Source: SAR86 cluster bacterium (GTDB taxonomy: Bacteria > Pseudomonadota > Gammaproteobacteria > Magnimaribacterales > TMED112). From it: a stretch of 64,000 nt of DNA. A model generated the notes under the pieces. The model was not told the DNA's origin and made no database searches. It was given only the letters and a program-made list of their open reading frames with translations. Below, in pieces: positions 49,671-60,094 of this stretch (positions are counted from its first letter, which is position 1; each line of letters begins with the position of its first letter). The stretch covers positions 28,543 through 92,542 of the forward strand of contig CP097967.1 in assembly GCA_023703535.1 (NCBI GenBank), written 5' to 3'. The translations under genes and the position numbers were made by a program.

Positions 49671-50758
49671 CCAACAAAGAAGATAATTTGAAGTTTTTAT
49701 CACAGTCTTTGAAGATGCATCAAAGGCCTTTCATTATTACCTCCACTACTGGTGAGGTACTTTGGCTTAATAACGCCAGTAAATATATTTTCTCACTAAA
49801 AGACAATGACAAACCAAATCTTTTGTTCATTGATGAGAAAGATTTAGAGAAGGCTCAGTTTGACTCAGAGATAGCCGATTCATTCGATGTATTTATGAAA
49901 ATCAATCTTAGAGAGAAAGATTTTGTTATGAGAGTTTTATTGCATGTAATTCCTGTCGATGATCAAAAATATTTTTTGATTGAAATTGTTTCAAATTCAA
50001 AAGAAAACCTGTTTGCGTTAAAAACTGTCTTGTCTTGTTTAGAGCACGATAGAATTGGGATGAATTATCAAAAACAATACAGACTTACTGGTAATAAAGA
50101 GCTTACTGGGATAGAAGCTTTAATAAGATTCTATGACGAGAATAATAAAGTTATTCCAAATGATAAGGTCATACCATTCATTGAAGGTGAAAATGTTTTT
50201 TCATTGGTAGTTATATCTTCAATGGATATCGTGAAAGAGTATTTTGATGCCAGAAAAGAAAAAGGATTAGAGGATGTCACATTATTCTTTAATGTTTCAG
50301 CACATACAATTTTACATAAAGATTTTCTTGCGATATTTAAAGACTTTATTCAAAGACTAGACATTAAACCTGGTGATTTTGGAATAGAGGTCACTGAAAC
50401 AGCTGAACTTAATAACCTATCAACAGCATCACTAAGGCTTTCCAGTATAAAAAATTTAGGTGTATCAATAGCACTTGATGATTTTGGTGCTGGATACTCA
50501 GCCTTAAGGTATCTTAAGGATCTGCCAGTTGATGTTCTTAAATTGGATAAAAGTTTCACATTTGAATTAGAGGAAACTCATAATCAAAGTCTAGTCCAAA
50601 TAGCAAAATTAATGGCAGATTCACTATCTATGGAATTCATTTGTGAAGGACTAGAAGAGGAGTGGCAAGTAAAAAGGGCTATAAGCTTGGGATGTGAGAT
50701 GGGACAGGGTTACTATCTTCATAAGCCATGTTCATTAGAAGACCTGAATAATGAGTGA
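49667..50758 (+). CDS. c-di-GMP phosphodiesterase (PAS-like N-domain plus EAL)
   Basis: EALIR, FNVS, EVTE, DDFGAGYSAL, KLDKSF, EGLEEE and GQGYY. All canonical EAL catalytic motifs are present. Confidence 0.85.
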   Translation: MTNKEDNLKFLSQSLKMHQRPFIITSTTGEVLWLNNASKYIFSLKDNDKPNLLFIDEKDLEKAQFDSEIADSFDVFMKINLREKDFVMRVLLHVIPVDDQKYFLIEIVSNSKENLFALKTVLSCLEHDRIGMNYQKQYRLTGNKELTGIEALIRFYDENNKVIPNDKVIPFIEGENVFSLVVISSMDIVKEYFDARKEKGLEDVTLFFNVSAHTILHKDFLAIFKDFIQRLDIKPGDFGIEVTETAELNNLSTASLRLSSIKNLGVSIALDDFGAGYSALRYLKDLPVDVLKLDKSFTFELEETHNQSLVQIAKLMADSLSMEFICEGLEEEWQVKRAISLGCEMGQGYYLHKPCSLEDLNNE

Positions 50759-52190
50759 TAAAAAAGAGAGAATATTACTTACTCAAATAAAACAAGATTT
50801 CACTACACCTGTAGATGCTATTTCAGACTATATAAATCTAATTATTGATTCTAGCGATATATATGATGAAGAAATAAGTGATGAATTTGAAAACATCAAA
50901 AAATCAGCAAAAACACTTAGACTGAATTTTATAGATGCATTTAAAGAATATGCAGAACAAAAAAATAAATCCATAAAAAATGATGAAGAGGCCTCGGTTC
51001 TGAGACACGATTTACGAACGCCTTTAAATGGAATAATTGGCTACAGTGAAATTCTTATTGAAGATTATGAAGATGATATTAGCGATAATCATAAAGAAGA
51101 TCTCGGCAATATCATAAATCTTGCAAAAGAGGTAGAGAATGCTATTTCTAATTTTGTAGATTTTTTAAAAGGAGGATCAAAGGTTGATTTATCTAAACAA
51201 GATAATGAAGGAAGTGCAGAGAGTCTCTTTAGTTCCTTAGGAAAAATTGAAGCAGAAATAAAAATTAATGATGAAATTAAAAAATCAAAAATTTTAATTG
51301 TTGACGATATCAAAACAAACTGTGATGTACTTCAAAGAAGGCTAGAATCTTCAGGATTTAAAACTGAGGTAGCGATGTCTGGTAAGGAAGCATTAGCAGC
51401 AGTTGATAAAAAAAATTATGACCTTGTACTTCTTGATGTTCTAATGCCAGAAATCAATGGATTAGAGGTTCTTATTAAGGCAAGAGAAAAATTTGATTTA
51501 GATAAACTTCCAATAATAATGGTTTCATCATTTGATGATGTCGAAAGTATTTCGAAGTGTTTGCAATTAGGCGCTAATGAGTATCTTCCAAAACCACTTA
51601 ATTCAACAATACTGCTTGCTAAGGTTGCAGCTACCCTTGAAAGAAAAATGCTAAGAGAAAGAGAAAAAGAGCTTCTCTCAGAGCTACATCACCAAGCAAT
51701 AACAGATGAGATGACAGGAATCCCAAATAGAAGGTTTGTATTTGAAGAGCTTGAGAAAAATTTTAATGAAATAAAAGATAAAAATAAGGAAAACTTTGCG
51801 GTTGTTATATTTGATATTGATCATTTTAAAAATGTAAACGATACCTATGGCCACGCGGCAGGAGATGAGATCATCAAAAAGGTATGTGATTTAGCAAAAG
51901 ATAATATTGAAAGTCCAAGTATTTTTGGCAGAATTGGTGGTGAAGAGTTCTTGGCAATAATTTACAACAGTTCAATGAATTATTTGCATGATTTATGTGA
52001 AAAAATTCGTCAGGTGGTTGAGAAAGAAACAACTTTATTCGATAATCAAAAAATAAAGGTAACTATCAGTGGTGGTGGAGCCTTTACAAGTGAAAGCCTA
52101 AATATTTCTGATTTGGTGAATAAAGCCGATGAAAGGCTCTATCTTTCAAAGAAGAATGGGCGAAATAAATTTTACTTAAAAGAGGATTAA
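50751..52190 (+). CDS. DHp(HisKA)-REC-GGDEF protein (diguanylate cyclase response regulator with an N-terminal H-box domain and no ATPase domain)
   Basis: Degenerate H-box IKQDFTTPVDAISDY (Gln15), then canonical LRHDLRTPLNGIIGYSEIL (His86). REC is ILIVDD..LVLLDVLMP..KP. The GGDEF active site is RIGGEEF, and the RxxD I-site position reads ESPS. Confidence 0.85.
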   Translation: MSDKKERILLTQIKQDFTTPVDAISDYINLIIDSSDIYDEEISDEFENIKKSAKTLRLNFIDAFKEYAEQKNKSIKNDEEASVLRHDLRTPLNGIIGYSEILIEDYEDDISDNHKEDLGNIINLAKEVENAISNFVDFLKGGSKVDLSKQDNEGSAESLFSSLGKIEAEIKINDEIKKSKILIVDDIKTNCDVLQRRLESSGFKTEVAMSGKEALAAVDKKNYDLVLLDVLMPEINGLEVLIKAREKFDLDKLPIIMVSSFDDVESISKCLQLGANEYLPKPLNSTILLAKVAATLERKMLREREKELLSELHHQAITDEMTGIPNRRFVFEELEKNFNEIKDKNKENFAVVIFDIDHFKNVNDTYGHAAGDEIIKKVCDLAKDNIESPSIFGRIGGEEFLAIIYNSSMNYLHDLCEKIRQVVEKETTLFDNQKIKVTISGGGAFTSESLNISDLVNKADERLYLSKKNGRNKFYLKED

Positions 52191-52192
52191 CG

Positions 52193-52552
52193 ATGGCTTA
52201 CATACTAATTGTAGAAGACAATGAAATGAACCGAGATATGCTTGGAAGAAGGCTTGAGCGTAGAGGTTATGAAATTAAGTTTGCTCTTGATGGCCAAGAA
52301 GGACTTGATATGATGAAGTCAACAAAGCCTGATTTGGTTCTAATGGATATGGGACTACCTGTTTTAGACGGTTGGCAAGCGACTACTCAAGCAAAAGAAG
52401 ATCCAGAACTAAAAGATATACCAATAATTGCTTTGACAGCTCATGCTCTTGAAACAGACAGACAAAAAGCTCTTGCAGCTGGTGCTGATGACTTTGATAC
52501 AAAGCCTGTTGATATAAAAAGACTTTTAGAAAAGATAGGTAAATTTATTTAG
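52193..52552 (+). CDS. single-domain response regulator (CheY-like REC)
   Basis: ILIVEDN..LVLMDMGLP..ALTAHA..KP, 119 aa, with no output domain. Confidence 0.9.
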   Translation: MAYILIVEDNEMNRDMLGRRLERRGYEIKFALDGQEGLDMMKSTKPDLVLMDMGLPVLDGWQATTQAKEDPELKDIPIIALTAHALETDRQKALAAGADDFDTKPVDIKRLLEKIGKFI

Positions 52553-55544
52553 TTTTAAGTATCTGATTTACTTCTTTAACAAGTGATTCAACTTTTGATT
52601 CTTTTTTAACTATTCCCTCGGTATATTTGCTGAGCATTTTTTCTTCCACTGCGGTTATATCCTTTCCAGAGAAGACAACAATTGGTATTTTCATTCCTTC
52701 AGTTCTAGACCTTTCAATAAATTCAAATCCATCCATGCGAGGCATGTCTAAATCTAAAACAATTAAATCAGGTTTTTCTTTTACTCTTTCTAAAGCGTCT
52801 TCACCATTTTTTGCATCTATTGACATATAGCCTTCATTGTTAAGAATTTTTGTGAGTAGATCCCTAGTATTCTCATCATCATCGACTACAAGAACTTTCT
52901 GATCTTTCTCAGTAATATATCTTTTCACAATGTTAAGGAAGAAAGTCCTATCTATAGGTTTTTTCATATAATCATCAGCGCCAAGTGAAGAAGCAAGACT
53001 TTCTTCATTGAGAACCGAAGTAATAACTACAGGAACATCTTTAAGGTTTTTATCATTTTTAATCTCTTTTAGAACTGACCAACCATCTCTGCCAGGCATT
53101 AAAACATCGAGAAGAATAAGTTTTGGTTTAAATTTTCTTGCTTGATCAACACCTTCATCGCCATCAAAGGCACTATAAACTGTATGACCCTCTTTTCTTA
53201 TTGCTCTTTTTACAACATCGTGCGTTGCTTTATCATCGTCAACTAACAGGATGTACTCATCACCTTCTTTTAATTCTGGATTCTCAATATCTGTTTCCTC
53301 ATCAACATTTTCTTCTTCTGATTGCTTCGGAACAAAAATTGAGAATGTACTTCCTTTGCCAACTTCACTTGAAACTTCGACACCTCCTCCCATCATTTCT
53401 GCAAAATGTTTAGAAATTGACAGACCAAGACCTGTTCCACCATATTTCGCGCTAGTCGATCTCTCAGCTTGAGTGTAAGTGTCAAAAAGTTTCCCTAATT
53501 GTTCCTCAGTCATTCCTATACCAGTATCTTTAATATCAAAGTTGATATATTCCTTTCCTTCTATTTCTTTTTGATCAATAACTAATGCAACTTGGCCATT
53601 TTCTGTAAATTTAAATGCATTACTTAAAAAGTTAACAATACACTGCCTTAACTTGGTCTCATCACTTGTCATTTCTCCTTTAACATTATTTTTAATGATG
53701 AATTCATTATTATTTTTTGTAGCAAGAGGACCAGAAACATCCTTGATGGTTTCTATCATGGTATCAATCGAGAATGGAGTGAAGTACATATCCATTTTTC
53801 CTGCCTCAATTTTTGATAAATCAAGAACGTTGTTTATAAGTGATAATAGATGTTTACTTGAGTTGGTAATTCTCTTCAGGTCTGGGATCATGTCATCATT
53901 GCCAAGATCTTCACAATCTTCAAGAAGCATTTCACTGTACCCAATGATCGCATTAAGTGGTGTTCTCAACTCATGACTCATATTCGCAAAGAATCTAGAT
54001 TTTGCACTACTTGCTTCCCTAGCTTCATCTCTAGCAGTAGCCATCTCTTTTGTTTTTAAATCTATAAGTGCATTTACCTCGTCAGACATTCTTGAAAAAG
54101 CAATTTCCATCATTTCGACTGAGGCTTCTTCAGCGTTCTCATCTGAAGTCTCTGACACAAGCTTTTTCATATTGGTAATATCTTTTGTGATAAGACTTTT
54201 CGCATCACCTTCCAATTTTCCGGCAAGACCACTCATCTTTTTGATAATTACTTCATCTCTTTGTTTTCTTCTCTCAGCTCTATCTTTACGGACCTCATCC
54301 ATCTCAAGAAGGTGATTTCTATATCTGCCTAAAGCATTTGATAATTGTCCAACTTCGTTTGTTTCTGATGATAAAAAGCCTTTATTTTGTGGTATCTGTT
54401 TCGTTGTGTCTCCTTTAGTAAGTGCTTCAAGAACTTCGATTGCTTTTGCAATTCTTGAAAAGGCTCCGTCTTGAATCCACCATATTGCCAACACAATTAA
54501 TATAATTACGGCAAAAGTAAAAATGATTGAATTCAGTGTAGAGTCTCTTAATTCCTTGAGATCATCTGCAACGTTCTTTATCACAAAGAAAAGAGCAGTA
54601 TTTGGATTTACTGTTGATGCAACAGGTACAGAAGTTAGAGATAAACCTAGAGCTTCAAAGTTTTTGCTATCAAGATTGGTTAAACCATTTTCTAGAATAT
54701 CAGTTTTAATATGATTAAAACTATAATTTGTGACACCTATAGATTCATCTACAGATAATTCATCAGAGTAAACAGCATCAATAATTTGATTGTTCGAGAC
54801 TATGCCTGTTCGAACGCCCAAATCACTCTCAAAAATTGTCATGGATTGCCTTAAATCTCTTCCAATAATGACCGAGCCTAATAATTCACCTGTGCTGACA
54901 CCAAATTCGTTACTCATGTAAACTGGAAAGCCAACAATTTGATGTAGATTAGTATTGCCATCAGGCTCTTGGGCAAAAATTACTTCATTTGTTACGCTTA
55001 ATCTATTTTTTATTTTGCCGAGGAAAGCAGAGACAGAGTCGTCTCGAAGAAAATTAATTTTATTATTAGCATCACAAACATCAATTGAATTTCCGACATC
55101 TGCCCAGTCAAATGCGTAAAGACAGGTAAGCTCTGTATTATTTTCGTTATAAATTTTTATGAAACTTATATTTCCTAAATCAACCTCATCAAGAAACATC
55201 TCATCGATCATTATAAATAAGTCACTTTCTATTTCTTGATCTAAAGCCTCAATAAGAGGATTTGCATAATCAAAACCCTCAAAGCCAATATCTATAAATA
55301 ATGGGATTTCAGAGTAGGGGTTCCAATATTGTTGACCCTTTTCTCCAGATGTACCCCAAGAATTTAGGTTTGAGAAACTATTATCAATGGACTGTACCCA
55401 CGCAGATTCAACGATGCTCGTATACTGACTATTTGCTGATTTGGTTTGTATATTCTGATTCTGAACATTCATGTATAAGAGAATGCCAGCAATAATAACA
55501 TTGCCGATAAGACCAAATATCAGAATCTGGGTACGAACGAGCAT
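52545..55544 (-). CDS. hybrid sensor histidine kinase (TM, ~310-aa periplasmic domain, TM, HAMP-like, HisKA, HATPase, REC, REC)
   Basis: H-box SHELRTPLNAIIGYSEML, N-box NFLSNAFKFT, G-boxes DTGIGM and GGTGLGLSI, and two receivers (LLVDDD..LLDVLMP and LVVDDD..VLDLDMP). Confidence 0.92.
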   Translation of the reverse strand: MLVRTQILIFGLIGNVIIAGILLYMNVQNQNIQTKSANSQYTSIVESAWVQSIDNSFSNLNSWGTSGEKGQQYWNPYSEIPLFIDIGFEGFDYANPLIEALDQEIESDLFIMIDEMFLDEVDLGNISFIKIYNENNTELTCLYAFDWADVGNSIDVCDANNKINFLRDDSVSAFLGKIKNRLSVTNEVIFAQEPDGNTNLHQIVGFPVYMSNEFGVSTGELLGSVIIGRDLRQSMTIFESDLGVRTGIVSNNQIIDAVYSDELSVDESIGVTNYSFNHIKTDILENGLTNLDSKNFEALGLSLTSVPVASTVNPNTALFFVIKNVADDLKELRDSTLNSIIFTFAVIILIVLAIWWIQDGAFSRIAKAIEVLEALTKGDTTKQIPQNKGFLSSETNEVGQLSNALGRYRNHLLEMDEVRKDRAERRKQRDEVIIKKMSGLAGKLEGDAKSLITKDITNMKKLVSETSDENAEEASVEMMEIAFSRMSDEVNALIDLKTKEMATARDEAREASSAKSRFFANMSHELRTPLNAIIGYSEMLLEDCEDLGNDDMIPDLKRITNSSKHLLSLINNVLDLSKIEAGKMDMYFTPFSIDTMIETIKDVSGPLATKNNNEFIIKNNVKGEMTSDETKLRQCIVNFLSNAFKFTENGQVALVIDQKEIEGKEYINFDIKDTGIGMTEEQLGKLFDTYTQAERSTSAKYGGTGLGLSISKHFAEMMGGGVEVSSEVGKGSTFSIFVPKQSEEENVDEETDIENPELKEGDEYILLVDDDKATHDVVKRAIRKEGHTVYSAFDGDEGVDQARKFKPKLILLDVLMPGRDGWSVLKEIKNDKNLKDVPVVITSVLNEESLASSLGADDYMKKPIDRTFFLNIVKRYITEKDQKVLVVDDDENTRDLLTKILNNEGYMSIDAKNGEDALERVKEKPDLIVLDLDMPRMDGFEFIERSRTEGMKIPIVVFSGKDITAVEEKMLSKYTEGIVKKESKVESLVKEVNQILKTK

Positions 55545-55553
55545 TTGTTTGAA

Positions 55554-55931
55554 TTAATCAGCTAATTGAAAAGTAAATCTTGCTGTAACACCCTCAACTC
55601 TAACTGCTATTCCGTTTAGTACGTATGGTTCATATGCCCATCTTCTAACTGCTCTCATAGAAGCTCTTTCAAATGATCCAGGCTTATCAGTATCAACAAC
55701 ATAAGGATCAAGCACTTCTCCTTCTGGTGAAACATCAAATTCAACAACAACAAACCCTTCAATTCCACGCCTTAAAGCAGATCTTGGGTAAGCTGCCCCA
55801 GGTGCGTAGACTCTTTGAACTTCTACTTCTAAGGTTTGTCCATTAACTGATACAGAACCTTTATCACTTGCAGCGAATGTACTTATAGAAATTGCTAACA
55901 ATAGTAGAGATAAATATTTCATAAATCGCAT
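55554..55931 (-). CDS. secreted stand-alone TonB C-terminal domain protein
   Basis: Signal peptide MKYLSLLLLAISISTFA, then YPRSALRRGIEGFVVVEFDVSPEGEV..RWAYEP (TonB_C pattern). There is no TM anchor or Pro-rich spacer. It ends 9 nt upstream of the kinase start. Confidence 0.75.
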   Translation of the reverse strand: MRFMKYLSLLLLAISISTFAASDKGSVSVNGQTLEVEVQRVYAPGAAYPRSALRRGIEGFVVVEFDVSPEGEVLDPYVVDTDKPGSFERASMRAVRRWAYEPYVLNGIAVRVEGVTARFTFQLAD

Positions 55932-55998
55932 TATACATTAAAATCGGTGTTTTTTAAGTGACGTAATTGCAAAAAAATTATAGACTACATAACTCTTT

Positions 55999-56075
55999 GG
56001 GCCTGTAGCTCAGTTGGTTAGAGCAGTGGACTCATAATCCATTGGTCGGAGGTTCGAGTCCTCCCGGGCCCACCA
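55999..56075 (+). tRNA. ileX: tRNA with CAU anticodon, probably tRNA-Ile2 (lysidine) rather than elongator Met
   Basis: 77-nt cloverleaf with acceptor GGGCCUG/CGGGCCC, anticodon loop CUCAUAA, T-arm GGAGGTTCGAGTCCTCC, and encoded CCA. C4:G69 and C5:G68 match the TilS determinants of E. coli tRNA-Ile2. There are no initiator features. Confidence 0.9.
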
Positions 56076-56082
56076 TTCTAAG
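56075..56082. repeat. left copy of the 8-bp direct repeat ATTCTAAG
   Basis: It overlaps the last tRNA base and the nuclease-gene stop codon. An identical 8-mer lies at 57290..57297, just beyond the other end of the gene. Confidence 0.5.
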
Positions 56083-57283
56083 AGCAAAAGTTTTTATAAT
56101 TTTCTGGTTTAGGCTTAGTTTTAACTTGTTTCACGTCGGGAACTTCAGGATAAGTTGGGTTACCTAATAAAATATTATCTATCTCAATTCTTTCCTCTTT
56201 TGGTGTGAGCCAGTACGGTAAACGTGCGATTTTTAAACCTTTAATTTTTACAAGATTTGTTTTAATAGCATCATTATTCTGTTGTTTTTTTAAGTAATTT
56301 TTATCATTTGCACCAAAGAAACAATCTTTATAATGTTGTTCACCATCTCTCTCAATAATTAGTTTATGTTTAGGTAAGTAAAAATCATAAAACCTAGTGA
56401 TTCCATTATTTGAAATTTTATATTGACGGAAAATTTCATTTTTTTTCATTAAATATTCGGCAATTCTTCCCTCAGCTTTGTTATGACACCTATTGCAACC
56501 TTGACCTATTAAATGCTTTGAGGGCACTTGTTTAAATGGACCATGGATAGGGCAAATAATTTCAATTTTATGTTTATTGGATTGGTACTTAACGTTCGTA
56601 TAGTCATATTTTTCCCCATGAACTTTCTTAAAATCATTTATCAAATTTTTTTGAGATTTCCTTTTAAGATTACCTATCTTTTCTAATCCACACTTATAAC
56701 AATCACTTCTTAAATGCGCAGTTGGGACAGCTTTAAATTTACCATGCTTAGGACAAATAATTGTTACTTTGGTGCGTTGATTTTTATATTTAACTTCCGA
56801 ATAATCATATTTATTTCCATGAAAAGCTTTAGCTTGTTTTATAAATGAGTTTGTACTGAGGGAAATTTTTCTTGCACCAATTTCTGTAGAGCATTTATTA
56901 CAATTTCTACCATCAAGATGTACTGAAGGCAATGTCAAAAAAGGACCATGTTTACGACATATTATTGATATTTTCTTTTGTGAACCCTGGTAGTCAACAT
57001 TTTTATAAATATATCTGTTTCCATGTACTTTTTTTGCTTCTTTAATAAAATCTGCTTTGCTTCTTCTATTTTTTAAAATCACTCCATTTTCTGCACAAAT
57101 TTTACATGCATACTTAGTTGATAAGTGGCTATTAGGTGTCTGAAAAAAAAATCCATGCTTTGAACATTTAATTTTGACCTTTGAGTGCGAATTAATATAT
57201 TTAACCTTTGAATAATCAAATTTATTTTTATGCTTTATTTTGGCTTTTTTAATAAAATCTTCAGTACTTAATCTTAAAGGCAT
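56078..57283 (-). CDS. stand-alone nuclease: four tandem CHCC zinc-ribbon repeats plus a DUF559/Vsr-like PD-(D/E)xK domain (homing-endonuclease-like)
   Basis: Repeats of 69/68/67 aa: F-I-K-x-A-K-x-x-H-G-x-K-Y-D-Y-S-x-V-K-Y..K-V-x-I-I-C-x-K-H-G-x-F..P-x-x-H-L..C-x-K-C. The metal ligands are C40/H43/C60/C63, C109/H112/C128/C131, C177/H180/C195/C198 and C244/H247/C263/C266. The C-terminus RFYDFYLPKHKLIIERDGEQHY..GLKIARLPYW resembles DUF559 endonucleases. Confidence 0.7.
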   Translation of the reverse strand: MPLRLSTEDFIKKAKIKHKNKFDYSKVKYINSHSKVKIKCSKHGFFFQTPNSHLSTKYACKICAENGVILKNRRSKADFIKEAKKVHGNRYIYKNVDYQGSQKKISIICRKHGPFLTLPSVHLDGRNCNKCSTEIGARKISLSTNSFIKQAKAFHGNKYDYSEVKYKNQRTKVTIICPKHGKFKAVPTAHLRSDCYKCGLEKIGNLKRKSQKNLINDFKKVHGEKYDYTNVKYQSNKHKIEIICPIHGPFKQVPSKHLIGQGCNRCHNKAEGRIAEYLMKKNEIFRQYKISNNGITRFYDFYLPKHKLIIERDGEQHYKDCFFGANDKNYLKKQQNNDAIKTNLVKIKGLKIARLPYWLTPKEERIEIDNILLGNPTYPEVPDVKQVKTKPKPENYKNFCS

Positions 57284-57289
57284 CGATAT

Positions 57290-57297
57290 ATTCTAAG
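57290..57297. repeat. right copy of the 8-bp direct repeat ATTCTAAG
   Basis: Located 7 nt upstream of the nuclease start codon (57283). Confidence 0.5.
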
Positions 57298-57318
57298 TAT
57301 TTGGAGAATATAAAAAAA

Positions 57319-57336
57319 GGGCTCCAGAAGGAGCCC
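57319..57336 (-). terminator. intrinsic terminator of katG
   Basis: GGGCTCC-AGAA-GGAGCCC. On the minus strand it is followed by a T7 run. The A/T runs on both sides could allow bidirectional function. Confidence 0.75.
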
Positions 57337-57355
57337 ACTTTTTTAAAACTAATTC

Positions 57356-59494
<2,139 letters not shown>

Positions 59495-59611
59495 TTACGT
59501 TTATTACACTCCAGATATAATTGTAGATTCACTTAATGCTTTTTCAATAACGTTATAAGAAAAAAACAAAATGTTACAAAAATGTCTTAAATATAGTGCT
59601 AGGATTAAATT

Positions 59612-60094
59612 GTGAAAAAAATAGGCATGTATCCAGGTTCATTTGATCCAATGACAAAAGGTCATATGGATATTGTGAAAAAAGCTCTCACTATTTTTGA
59701 TGAAGTCGTTATTGCGGTGTTAGAAAACAGCGCTAAAACTATGTTATTTACACCTGATGAAAGAAAAAAAATGATTGAAGAAATTTATATGAATGATGAA
59801 AGGGTGAGGTGCATATCATTAGGTTCAAAATTAACTATCAACCTTGCTGAAGAAATATCAGCTAAAGGAATAATCAGAGGTCTTCGAGCTATGTCAGATT
59901 TTGAGTACGAATTTCAGATCGCAAATATTAATAGATCTCAAAATGAAAAAATAGAAAGTATCTTTTTTACTGCTACTGATAAATTTACTTATGTTTCATC
60001 TTCAATGGTAAAGGAAATTGCGCTTTATAAAGGTAAGGTCGACGAATTTGTTGACCCAGTTGTAAAAAAAGAATTGGAAAAAAAATTTAACTAA
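59612..60094 (+). CDS. coaD: phosphopantetheine adenylyltransferase
   Basis: YPGSFDPMTKGHMDIV and ISSSMVKE-type C-terminus; GTG start. Confidence 0.93.
   Translation: MKKIGMYPGSFDPMTKGHMDIVKKALTIFDEVVIAVLENSAKTMLFTPDERKKMIEEIYMNDERVRCISLGSKLTINLAEEISAKGIIRGLRAMSDFEYEFQIANINRSQNEKIESIFFTATDKFTYVSSSMVKEIALYKGKVDEFVDPVVKKELEKKFN

Noticed and set aside
57319-57340. GAGCCCAC near 57331 as a partial repeat of the tRNA 3' end (GGGCCCACCA), which could mark an att site for a larger island.
   Set aside because: Only 6-7 nt match, and the segment is the 3' arm of the katG terminator hairpin. No longer tRNA-derived repeat was seen by eye anywhere downstream.
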